Assembly (NCBI GenBank): GCA_965261395.1
Contig: OZ253462.1
Location: 2,560,001-2,624,000 of the forward strand
From: Candidatus Latescibacterota bacterium
Lineage (GTDB): Bacteria > Latescibacterota > UBA2968 > UBA8231
Direction of reading: 5' to 3'
DNA: 64,000 nt
In this document: piece after piece, positions 49,400 through 58,398 of the stretch
Numbering within the stretch: the stretch's first letter is position 1
Layout: every line of letters begins with the position of its first letter
Made by a program: the position numbers and the translations under genes
The notes under the pieces: generated by a model
What the model was told of the DNA's origin: nothing
Database searches by the model: none
The model's input: the letters and a program-made list of their open reading frames with translations, nothing else

Positions 49400-51283
49400 T
49401 CACTGCTTCTCACCCTCTTTGCTTTCGGCATCATTGGACAAAGCATTCCAAAAGGGGATGAATACGAGCTTCAGTCCAAGCCACCAAGCATAGATCGCGT
49501 TGGCGGAGTAGAAGGCCCTGTCATCAAGCAGACCGTGTGCGAGTTCATTTCGGAGATTCGGTCCAAATGAATCACAGAAGAGTGCTCTGATCTCAAAACT
49601 CAGATCCTCGCCAAATATCTTTTCCGTCTGTGGAAGGTCCATAAGCGAGCTTAGACCGTTTTCATTCTCTATGCCATTGCTATCTATATTTGTGGTTTGC
49701 ACTCCTGCTTGTTTCAAGTGGCAGCGTACCATGTGCTCGATCTGGGGCACTAGGATATGGAGAGCCGTGACAAAATCTCGATCATAACCTGAGAACAATG
49801 CCTTGCCGAAGAGTAATTCACGCCCTATAGGCACGATGGGAGATTGCCTAGCAAGATTGACAAAATCGGCTTCTCGCAAGCGGTGTTCTAAGAGCAGAAT
49901 CTCTTGGGCGGGCCAGATGCAACCTTGAACGGCAAGATCGACATGAATACGGTAATTTTCGATCATCTTGGAATAGATAATCTCCCCGTCGCCATCAGCC
50001 TCAGCGTCATCAGAGAGTGTGGTGCTGGGACTCATTCCAGGCCGTTTTGCAATGACGCGACCATCACGGCTCATAACCGTTTCAGAAACTAATGCCTGCA
50101 ACGGGGAGTTGTGAAGTAATTCGGTCGCGTTTTCGCGCAATTCCTTGACGTTCGTGCGACTCAAGTTGACAAATGCCTTCAGCGCCTCATCCAAGGTTTC
50201 TCCCTTCACTGCATCACGCGCATTTTCGACGATTTGACTGATGTCCTGCCCAGGAATGCTGATGACACCCATCTCATCCAGCGATTTCTCCCCGGATTCG
50301 TTGAGACTCCTCTTTAGCTCAGCAATCCGCTCATCTACTCTATGAGTTGCGCGCTCTGACCGGGGAATGGTGCGGTAAGTCTGGATGGCGCTCTCGTAAA
50401 AACTTGCGGCGACCATGTGACTCGGTTGATCCGACGATAATCTGGCAACAGCCTCTTTGACCCAGCCCTCCGCCACCTCGACCGTCATTTCAGTTGACTT
50501 TTCATCGTCCCCAGATTCCTTAAACCAGTGGGCCGATGCTTGGAAGTATTCGAGCGCTTTGCGGAACTCACCTTCGTCCTCAAACTCGCGAGCCAGAGAT
50601 TCAAGTTTCGTCGCAATTGTCGTCGAGTGATCCCTTCCGAGGGCGTTAGACTTAAGTAAGTCAGCTAACCAATACCCGAGAAAGCCATCCTCTCTCGTCA
50701 CCGACGTGAATGCTTTGATGATCGAGGCTTCCATTTCTGCAAGACGCTCGCCAGCTCCTGCTCCGAGCATGCGAGCCAGATTGATTGCCCTCTGCCAGCA
50801 CCTATCTCCGCCATGCAACCATGTCTCGGTATCTAATGGGATTGTCCGATAGCTATCAATAGCCGCCAAGGCGAACTTGACTTTACGGGGACTTTGTAAG
50901 AGCCAGACCAGATCGGCCAGACGTGATTTCAGCCACGGATCGTCAATTATCTCGACAATCTCCGCGAAGAAGGCGACATCGGTTTCCGATAAGTCGTCTG
51001 GAATGATTGAGCGACGACCATCCGACGACTCCATGAAGGGCTTGAAAGGCTCGTTAAAACTGTCGGACGAGAGCATCATCGAACAGGCATCAGCTAGCAG
51101 CCATAGTGCCTTGCCATGAGATTGCCGGTCTTCTTTCATGGCCTGCTTCGCAGCATCGGAGAACACATAGTGCATCGAGGGATAATCTTTACGGTCTGCA
51201 CTAGCCAAGACCTCCTTCCAGCCACAACCGGCAAAGTCCTCAAGAGTTAGAATTAAGTCTTTTGGATAACGATCGTGGGACAT
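49400..51283 (-). CDS. DUF4209-like protein with RxxxxH motif
   Basis: HILVPQIE...GPNLRNELAHGLL; lower GC than flanking genes. Confidence 0.75.
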   Translation of the reverse strand: MSHDRYPKDLILTLEDFAGCGWKEVLASADRKDYPSMHYVFSDAAKQAMKEDRQSHGKALWLLADACSMMLSSDSFNEPFKPFMESSDGRRSIIPDDLSETDVAFFAEIVEIIDDPWLKSRLADLVWLLQSPRKVKFALAAIDSYRTIPLDTETWLHGGDRCWQRAINLARMLGAGAGERLAEMEASIIKAFTSVTREDGFLGYWLADLLKSNALGRDHSTTIATKLESLAREFEDEGEFRKALEYFQASAHWFKESGDDEKSTEMTVEVAEGWVKEAVARLSSDQPSHMVAASFYESAIQTYRTIPRSERATHRVDERIAELKRSLNESGEKSLDEMGVISIPGQDISQIVENARDAVKGETLDEALKAFVNLSRTNVKELRENATELLHNSPLQALVSETVMSRDGRVIAKRPGMSPSTTLSDDAEADGDGEIIYSKMIENYRIHVDLAVQGCIWPAQEILLLEHRLREADFVNLARQSPIVPIGRELLFGKALFSGYDRDFVTALHILVPQIEHMVRCHLKQAGVQTTNIDSNGIENENGLSSLMDLPQTEKIFGEDLSFEIRALFCDSFGPNLRNELAHGLLDDRAFYSANAIYAWWLGLKLVFIPFWNALSNDAESKEGEKQ

Positions 51284-51285
51284 GA

Positions 51286-52620
51286 TTACTCGTTTCTTAA
51301 TTCGCTTATTAGTCGCACCCTGCCGGTGAGAAGCTGCTGCATCATACCCTGCTTGACGGCACGGGTCTTGTCCCGGCGTCGTTCCAGCGCGGCGATCTCG
51401 GTGTCCATGTCGGAGAGGACGGAGACGATAGCGGTCTGTTCGTCCACGCTTGGCACGGCGAAGCTGAAATTGGCCATATCGCGGCCGTACAGATGAAAGA
51501 CCGTCGTGCCGGATACAAGCTGCATCACCTGATCTCGGTGTATCTTGATTGCATAAGCGAGAAATTCTCCGTTGAGAACGCTCTCCGAGATACGAATGAC
51601 AAGGACGTCACCACCGAGGATGATATCGGAAGCCAAAATACAACTTGCCGTTGCTAGACCATTGGGAGTTACATCCGAGGTCGGCATTAGCACATCGTTG
51701 CGAATAGAGTGGAAGAATATGCCTTCCCGGTCAGTTCCATGTAGAACTTCAGTGATGCGTTCGCCATAGACTGTAAAAAGCTCGCCGTAGTGGACGCATC
51801 GTCGTCTTCCATCAAGTGACAGGTCGGCTTTGGACAGACCTGATCCTTTGAAGAATGACGCGATATCCCCCAGCCGCTTCGTCTCCCACACCCCGCTGAA
51901 CCCCGGCAGGCGGCTCTTGCCGGTGAGGAGTTGCTGCATGGCGGCTTGCTTGACGGCCCGCTTCTTGGCGATCAGCGCCTCCAACGCCGCGAGCAACCCA
52001 TCCACATCCGACAACGCCTCGGCGATGGCGCGTTGTTCGGGAAATGGAGGTAATACAAATCGAATTTTCCGAACCGTCAGTAGGCTCATCCCGGCCTTGG
52101 CACCAATGTCCATTGATGCCACGAAAAGCTGCCGTGACCTTTCAGACGCGAGCGAATAGGCAACGAAACGAGCGCACACGAGAGTCTTGTCAAATCGAAT
52201 TAGTGCAATGTGCTGATTCATGTATGCCGGCTTGGATACGCGCGAGTCGACAATGCCAATGATCCCGATGTCAGCAGTTATCGAGATCAGTATATCCTCG
52301 TCTTGCAATTGTGTTCGCGATGCTTCTGCGTTTCCCTGTGACGGTAGCAAGACCGTCTTTAGATCTGACAGTTCTAGATCGATTGACTGCCGAGTAAGAT
52401 TACTTATCCGAATAAATGGGGCACCTCTCTCGGCGTAGAAATGCGCCCATCCCCGGGAGCCGCTTGTCACGAAAGGACTCAGACTACCGATATCAACGAC
52501 CTGCCACTCCTCCGGAATCACCCCCACCTCAGTTCGCTTGTAACCCACTGGCACTTCTTCCGCTAGCGCACGGCGTCCATTTCCAAGGACGCTGCCCATT
52601 GTCCCTCGCCCGCTATTCAC
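51286..52620 (-). CDS. hsdS: Type I RM specificity subunit S
   Basis: VPVGYKRTEVGVIPEEW; EQRAIAEALSDVD...MQQLLTGKSRL; EQTAIVSVLSDMD...MQQLLTGRVRL. Confidence 0.93.
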   Translation of the reverse strand: MNSGRGTMGSVLGNGRRALAEEVPVGYKRTEVGVIPEEWQVVDIGSLSPFVTSGSRGWAHFYAERGAPFIRISNLTRQSIDLELSDLKTVLLPSQGNAEASRTQLQDEDILISITADIGIIGIVDSRVSKPAYMNQHIALIRFDKTLVCARFVAYSLASERSRQLFVASMDIGAKAGMSLLTVRKIRFVLPPFPEQRAIAEALSDVDGLLAALEALIAKKRAVKQAAMQQLLTGKSRLPGFSGVWETKRLGDIASFFKGSGLSKADLSLDGRRRCVHYGELFTVYGERITEVLHGTDREGIFFHSIRNDVLMPTSDVTPNGLATASCILASDIILGGDVLVIRISESVLNGEFLAYAIKIHRDQVMQLVSGTTVFHLYGRDMANFSFAVPSVDEQTAIVSVLSDMDTEIAALERRRDKTRAVKQGMMQQLLTGRVRLISELRNE

Positions 52621-53779
52621 CGTCTTCGCCTTCCCGATAGTTTAATTCTCTCTGGATGCTCTCCAGTTGGGCTACAAGTTCCTGTTTCGATGGCAGATAG
52701 AGCTGGTATTTCGACGCGTAGATATTGGCTTCTTCCGGTAGCGTCAGCTCAACCACGGCATCGTTCTTGCGGCCACAGAGCACAATACCAATGGTCGGAA
52801 GTTCGTCGTCAATCTTCACATAGCGGTCAAAGTAGTTGACGTACATCTGCATCTGACCCAAGTCCTGATGGGTCAATTCACCGCGTTTGAGGTCAATCAG
52901 CACATAGCAGCGCAGTAGCCGATTGTAGAAAACGAGATCTACGCGGAAATGACTGTTGTCGAAAGTAAACCGCTTCTGCCGCGCCTCGAACAGAAATCCC
53001 TTGCCCAACTCCAGCAAGAAGTGCTGAAGCCGGTCGATGATCGCCGTTTCCAGTTCGCTCTCGGAATAGACGGGCTTTTCCTCCAGCCCGAGAAACTCCA
53101 GCACCAGTGGGTTCTTAATCAGATCCGATGCTTTTTCGACCACCTGTCCCTCGCTGGCAAGCCGACGAACTTCCTCCTTGTCGCGGCTGAGTGCGAGCCG
53201 CTCGTACAGGGAGCTAGCGATCTGTCGTTCCAATTCGCGTACACTCCAGCCGTTGCCCGCAGCCTCAAGCTCGTAGAAGCGGCGCTCTTCGGAATTGTCG
53301 ATAGTCAGAAGGGTGACGTAGTGGGACCAAGCAAGGGAAAATCGCTTCTCCAATTCCGCAGACAGTGTCTGCACAATTCCCGGCAGTCCCATCACTGGGA
53401 CGGGGAATTTCCGAGACGCTGTCTCGGAAATCTCAGGGCTGCCCGAAATCTGAGAAGATGTCTTGGGTTTTGCTGTCTCCGAGGGCTCGGAACCTAGGTG
53501 CCTGTAGAGCAAATAGAACCGACGCATCTGTTCTAGGGAATCCATGGAAAAGCCGCGACCAATCCTAGCTTTTAGGGCTGCTGAAAGCCTTTTCATGGTC
53601 TGTGCTCCGTATTCCGCTCTATCCGCCCCATGCTGTTCATACTCGACGATATACCAACCGAACAGCCAGTTCCGTGCTACGAGTGAGCGATCAACGGCTC
53701 GCGCCGCTGAGTGTCGTGTTTCCTCGTGGGTTCGCCGACACAACTCGACGAGATTATCGAAATCGAATTTTTGACTCAT
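52613..53779 (-). CDS. YhcG/DUF1016 PD-(D/E)XK nuclease-family protein
   Basis: WSHY..LL, LLELGKGFLFEARQKR, DLVFYNRLLRCYVLIDLK, GQMQMY. Confidence 0.9.
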   Translation of the reverse strand: MSQKFDFDNLVELCRRTHEETRHSAARAVDRSLVARNWLFGWYIVEYEQHGADRAEYGAQTMKRLSAALKARIGRGFSMDSLEQMRRFYLLYRHLGSEPSETAKPKTSSQISGSPEISETASRKFPVPVMGLPGIVQTLSAELEKRFSLAWSHYVTLLTIDNSEERRFYELEAAGNGWSVRELERQIASSLYERLALSRDKEEVRRLASEGQVVEKASDLIKNPLVLEFLGLEEKPVYSESELETAIIDRLQHFLLELGKGFLFEARQKRFTFDNSHFRVDLVFYNRLLRCYVLIDLKRGELTHQDLGQMQMYVNYFDRYVKIDDELPTIGIVLCGRKNDAVVELTLPEEANIYASKYQLYLPSKQELVAQLESIQRELNYREGEDGE

Positions 53780-53782
53780 AGC

Positions 53783-53823
53783 GAAATCCCCATCCGCTTC
53801 AATCGCCCCTCGGCCTTCGCCCC
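53783..53823 (-). repeat. Diverged duplicate of the hsdM 3' end (55060-55100)
   Basis: GAAATCCCCATCCGCTTCAA identical for 20 bp, then similar; encodes GAKAEGRLKRMGISL* versus GEKVEGHLKRMGISS*. Confidence 0.85.
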
Positions 53824-54728
53824 GAGCCTCGGCGCAGCGTCAACCGCAAGTAGTCCTCCGTCGCCTCAAACTCCGGATCAACCCCGTTATGCGCCCGCAT
53901 CAACGGAATAATCTTGTTCCGCACTCCCATGCCGCGTGCATCAGAATAGCTGTAGTCCCGCAACGTCTCGGAGATGAGCAAATTGCGGGGAACCCGTTGA
54001 CCAGCAATCATTTTTTCGACCGTCATGCCGTTTTGCAGCGCACCGGGGCTGAGTATCTCTATCCGGTCCGCATAACGGACCACCTCAATTTCCTCGTACC
54101 GCGTCCAATCTCGATGCGTCAGCGCATTGACAACGCCTTCGCGCAGCGCTTCCAGCGGATAGTGCCAGCGTCGTTCCCGGCGCATGGACTCTTCTACTTG
54201 GCCCGCCTCCTCGGATACAAACGGCCGCATCGCATCGGCAAGGCGTTCAATCAGCCCCTTTTCCACCAGTTCACGACCCCCCGACAGCACCTGCCAAAGA
54301 TCGACAAGCGGCCCCTCAATCACTTGATCGTCAAGGGCATTGTAGGTTTTCTCCTCTCCCTCAAAGCACATCCAGCGGATACCGGCATGACGCAACAGGC
54401 GGCGCGGCCGATAGCCGAACAGGATCAATCCGGCGATCGTACAGGCTGGCTGGTCGTCTTTGGGATCACGGCATACTTGGACCGCCTCGATGATTTCGAT
54501 CAGGTTCGATTCCCGTATCAGGGATCCAAGAAACTCGTCGCGCTCTTCACGGGTGACATACCGGTCGAACCTGTCCCGGCCGAGTACACGGCTCAACTCT
54601 CCCACCAATGCCCCAGAAACCAGAATCATTCCATGATTCAAAGCCCGGATGAACGCCTGCCCTGGTACGGAATCGTTGAAGAGTAAAGCACTGATAATGA
54701 CGTTTGTATCGAAGACGAAGCGGGTCAT
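53799..54728 (-). CDS. Chimeric ORF: PIN toxin N-terminus fused to an HATPase_c_4 fragment
   Basis: RFVFDTNVIISALL...CRDPKDD | PACTIAGLILFG...REGVVNALTHRDW...ARGMGV; junction near 54450. Confidence 0.7.
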   Translation of the reverse strand: MTRFVFDTNVIISALLFNDSVPGQAFIRALNHGMILVSGALVGELSRVLGRDRFDRYVTREERDEFLGSLIRESNLIEIIEAVQVCRDPKDDQPACTIAGLILFGYRPRRLLRHAGIRWMCFEGEEKTYNALDDQVIEGPLVDLWQVLSGGRELVEKGLIERLADAMRPFVSEEAGQVEESMRRERRWHYPLEALREGVVNALTHRDWTRYEEIEVVRYADRIEILSPGALQNGMTVEKMIAGQRVPRNLLISETLRDYSYSDARGMGVRNKIIPLMRAHNGVDPEFEATEDYLRLTLRRGSGRRPRGD

Positions 54729-54949
54729 TCGTCGGCCAGAATGGACTGCAAAATTTCCGGAGTCAGACCACGCCGTTGCGCGTTGCGGCTGATTTCCAGC
54801 ATCGTGTCCCTAAGTGATTTCCCGGATTCTGTCGCATCACGCAAACGCAAATTGACAAGCAAATCCAGCTTGCGACGCTCATTATCAGAAGCCGAACGGT
54901 AGAGTTTGGCTACATCGGAATCAACTGACACGGTTATTTGCTCTGCCAT
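54725..54949 (-). CDS. Putative antitoxin partner of the PIN toxin
   Basis: EISRNAQRRGLTPEILQSIL tail; ATGA-coupled to the PIN ORF. Confidence 0.75.
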   Translation of the reverse strand: MAEQITVSVDSDVAKLYRSASDNERRKLDLLVNLRLRDATESGKSLRDTMLEISRNAQRRGLTPEILQSILADE

Positions 54950-55052
54950 TACTGTTCCTCCAAAGTGAACGACTTCAGGTTGCCAGCCAACGACCGGTTA
55001 TCATACCACACTTCTTCTAAAGATACGGAACTCAACGGTACGAATGCCTCCC

Positions 55053-57494
55053 TCACGATGAAATCCCCATCCGCTTCAAGTGCCCCTCGACCTTCTCACC
55101 AAACTCCTCCACCTCCCGCTCCAACTCCGGCAACGGACGGGCGTAGCGCTCCTCCAGTTCTTTCACGCGCCCGGCGAGCTGCTGAGTCAGCCGCTGCACC
55201 TCACCCTCGACAGCACCCCGGATGCTCGCAAACCACTTGTCCTCGACCGCCAGCGTCTTGATCTCGGCTTCGGTGAGCGCGCCGTAGCGGGCCAGCACCT
55301 GCTCATCCAAACGGGCTTGGGCCTCCTTGACAGCCTTGCCCACCTCGGCGTCAGCCTCAATCAACGTCCGACATCGCTTGAGGGCATCGCGTTCCTCATC
55401 GCTCTCCGGCTCGTATCGGATGGCCTTGAGCCGTTCCGTCACACCGGCCTTGGTGACCTTGCCCTTGTCGTTGGCCGCCTCCTCCAGCAAACCCTCCTCG
55501 CCAGTGTGCTCTTCAACGAACTCCTCCAACTCGCGCGCGGCGGCCTCCTGCTTGGCCTGTAGCGCCTCGACCGCGGCCTGTTCATCGGCAAAGTAGCGCG
55601 CGACGATCAGCTCTGGGGGGATCAAGTCCATCTTGTACTTCTTGCGCTTGATAGTGAGATCCGGCGTCTCCTTGATCTTCTTGTCTCTATCTTCGACGAT
55701 TCCGCGCGGCTTGGCAGCCTCGCTCCAACCATCCGCAGCGATGAGATACACGTCGTCCTGCATCACCTCGTCCCAATAGTCCATCAGCCGCTGATATGCA
55801 TCGTACGCGGCAAGTAGCGGCAAGCCGGCAAATCTCGCCAGCAGATCCTCCGCCAGAGTGCGGATGATGTCCTTGGGATAGGCGTCTATCTCCAGTCCCT
55901 TGAGAACCGGCTCGTGCGTCTCACGCCAAGCGTCGAATATACCGGCGACCCGCGCCTCGTACGACCCGAACTCCCCATGTTCGAGGATGGCGCCCTTCAC
56001 CTGCGGCGTCTCAACGCGAGCCTCGCTGTAGCCCGCCCGCCCGTTGCCAACAAACAACGCCTGACGCAACGAGGGGAAGACGTCCCAGTAGGTGCCGAGC
56101 GCGCCGAGGTCGCGGTCGGGAATACCGCCGTGCAGATGCGCGTCGAGATCGTGCAGGTCTTCCGGTTCGCTGGAATCAATGTAGCGCGGGATGTTCAGGT
56201 TGTAGTCGTTGGCCGGACTAGCGATCTCAGCCACCGGCACCATGCGAGAATAGCGCGGCACCTCGGTCTGCCGGTTGAACACATCGACGATCCGGTGGAT
56301 GTCTTGGGCGCGTAGGCGATTCTTGTTGCCGTCCTTGAGGAAGCCCTTGCTCGCGTCGATCATGAAGATGCCGCTGCGGGCCTGGGCATTTTCCTTGTCG
56401 AGAACCAAAATGCAGGCGGGAATGCCAGTGCCGTAGAACAGGTTGGCCGGCAGGCCGATGATGCCCTTGATGAAGCCACGCCGGATGAGATTTCTGCGAA
56501 TGTCCGCCTCCTTGTTACCGCGAAACAGCACGCCGTGTGGCAAAATAATCGCGCCCTTGCCCTTGCTATTGAGCGACGCAATCAGGTGCAAGAGGAAGGC
56601 GTAGTCGCCGTTTTTCGTCGGAGGAATGCCGTACTCGAAGCGCCGGTACTCGTCGTGGTCTGGATTGAGACCGCTGGACCAAGCCTTGGCGGAAAAGGGC
56701 GGATTGGCGACGGCAAAGTCAAAGGTCTTGAGGCGGTCATCCAGGTTCTTGAAATACGGAGTGGCCAAGGTGTTGCCGCGCCACAGCTCGGCGGTCTCGT
56801 GGCCATGGAGGATCATGTTCATCCGCGCCAGCGCATAGGTGGCGTTGTCCATCTCCTGGCCGTACACGGTAATGCCGTGCGGCGCTTCGTCCGCGGCCTT
56901 CAGCAAGAGCGAACCGGAACCACAAGTCGGGTCGTAGATCGTCCGGTCCTGTTGGGTATCCGAGCCAATGCCGACCACTTGCGCCATGATGCGTGAGACC
57001 TCGGCCGGCGTGTAGAACTGCCCCTTGCTCTTGCCCGACTCCGTGGCAAAGTGCCGCATCAGGTATTCGTAAGCATCGCCGAGCAGGTCGTCGCCCTCGG
57101 CCCGATTGGCGCGGAAGTCGAGCCCCTCGAATATGGCGACTAGCTTCGAGAGCCGATCCTGCATCTCCTTGCCTGTGCCGAGCTTGCTCTCGTCGTTGAA
57201 ATCGGCTTGGTCAATGACACCCTTGAGGTCGTTAGCCTCGGCAAGCTGGCCGATGATCTTGTTGATCTTATCGCCGATCTCCTTGTCGCCCTTGAGCGTT
57301 ACCATATCGGCGAAACTGCCGCCGGGTGGAACTTCAATGAGCGGGTACGGATCGTCAGCGTACTTGTCCGAGACGTACTTCATAAACAGCAGCGTCAGGA
57401 CGTAGTCCTTGTACTGCGAGGCGTCCATGCCGCCGCGCAACTCGTCGCAGCTTTGCCACAACGACGAGTAGAGTTGTGACTTCTTCAGAGCCAT
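55053..57494 (-). CDS. hsdM: Type I RM methyltransferase subunit M (long form)
   Basis: LWQSCDELRGGMD, GQFYTPAEVS, YDPTCGSGSLL, ANPPFS, LPHGVLFRG. Confidence 0.96.
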   Translation of the reverse strand: MALKKSQLYSSLWQSCDELRGGMDASQYKDYVLTLLFMKYVSDKYADDPYPLIEVPPGGSFADMVTLKGDKEIGDKINKIIGQLAEANDLKGVIDQADFNDESKLGTGKEMQDRLSKLVAIFEGLDFRANRAEGDDLLGDAYEYLMRHFATESGKSKGQFYTPAEVSRIMAQVVGIGSDTQQDRTIYDPTCGSGSLLLKAADEAPHGITVYGQEMDNATYALARMNMILHGHETAELWRGNTLATPYFKNLDDRLKTFDFAVANPPFSAKAWSSGLNPDHDEYRRFEYGIPPTKNGDYAFLLHLIASLNSKGKGAIILPHGVLFRGNKEADIRRNLIRRGFIKGIIGLPANLFYGTGIPACILVLDKENAQARSGIFMIDASKGFLKDGNKNRLRAQDIHRIVDVFNRQTEVPRYSRMVPVAEIASPANDYNLNIPRYIDSSEPEDLHDLDAHLHGGIPDRDLGALGTYWDVFPSLRQALFVGNGRAGYSEARVETPQVKGAILEHGEFGSYEARVAGIFDAWRETHEPVLKGLEIDAYPKDIIRTLAEDLLARFAGLPLLAAYDAYQRLMDYWDEVMQDDVYLIAADGWSEAAKPRGIVEDRDKKIKETPDLTIKRKKYKMDLIPPELIVARYFADEQAAVEALQAKQEAAARELEEFVEEHTGEEGLLEEAANDKGKVTKAGVTERLKAIRYEPESDEERDALKRCRTLIEADAEVGKAVKEAQARLDEQVLARYGALTEAEIKTLAVEDKWFASIRGAVEGEVQRLTQQLAGRVKELEERYARPLPELEREVEEFGEKVEGHLKRMGISS

Positions 57495-57497
57495 GGC

Positions 57498-58376
57498 CTA
57501 GCGCCCCTTAAACCACAGCTTCAACGCCGTCCCGCCCATAATCATCTCTTTTTCCGCTGCGGAGATATTCGGCAGATGGTAGTCGAGCAAATCCACCAGT
57601 TTTTGGTACCCCGGCTCCACCACAATCCACGGCGAATCCGTACACCACATCATGCGATCCGCGCCGTAGGCCCGATACACATCCTCGACCATGGACTGCA
57701 TATCCCCGTAAGGCCAAGGCACCTTAGAAAACGCGTACTCCCCCGAAATCTTGACATAGACGTTGGGAAAGCGAGACAGCGCCATCACTTGCGGATAGTT
57801 GGCCGGCGACAGCGGCTCGGCGTCAAAGCGGGGGCGACCCCATCGGTCCGGCCCGCCGGGCGTGGTTGGCATCACGCCGAGATGGTCGAGGGAAATGTTC
57901 ACGCCGGGGAAGGCTGCGGCCAGCAGTTCGATGCAGGGGAACTGGGCCCCGCCGGTGTAGATGTTGATGTTGATCCCCAGCTCGTCCGCACACTCGAAAA
58001 TCGCGTAGGTTGACAGATCCTCGGCCCGCTGGGCGGCCGGGTCGCCCAACGCCCCCAGCCGAATCCCCTCAATGCCGGTGGCAGCGACGAGCTCGCGCAG
58101 TCGAGCGGGCGGGTCTGGGTCGTCTAGGTCGATCAAACCCGTAGCCGTAAAGCGGTCGGGCCACGTCCGCACGCAATGCGTGACATAGGCGTGCTGCTCG
58201 ATCTGGGTGCCGTTCATTTCGATCAGCACGGTGCGGTCAATGCCCGAAGCATCCATGTCCGCTATGAGCGCCTCGATCGGGCAGGCGCGGTCGGCCGGTG
58301 CGAGGCCGCTCAGCTCGCGGGGGAACCGCTCGCTCGGCAGGTCGAAGACGTGAACGTGAACATCTACTTTATCCAT
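57498..58376 (-). CDS. Amidohydrolase_2 family protein
   Basis: DVHVHVF, LDHLG, NVYVKISG, GADRMMWCTDSP. Confidence 0.87.
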   Translation of the reverse strand: MDKVDVHVHVFDLPSERFPRELSGLAPADRACPIEALIADMDASGIDRTVLIEMNGTQIEQHAYVTHCVRTWPDRFTATGLIDLDDPDPPARLRELVAATGIEGIRLGALGDPAAQRAEDLSTYAIFECADELGININIYTGGAQFPCIELLAAAFPGVNISLDHLGVMPTTPGGPDRWGRPRFDAEPLSPANYPQVMALSRFPNVYVKISGEYAFSKVPWPYGDMQSMVEDVYRAYGADRMMWCTDSPWIVVEPGYQKLVDLLDYHLPNISAAEKEMIMGGTALKLWFKGR

Positions 58377-58398
58377 CTGAGGAATCCTTTCTCTAAAG

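Noticed and set aside
51310-51965. Repeated segments in hsdS as a shufflon
   Set aside because: Direct internal repeats normal for HsdS; no inverted silent hsdS copy or recombinase seen
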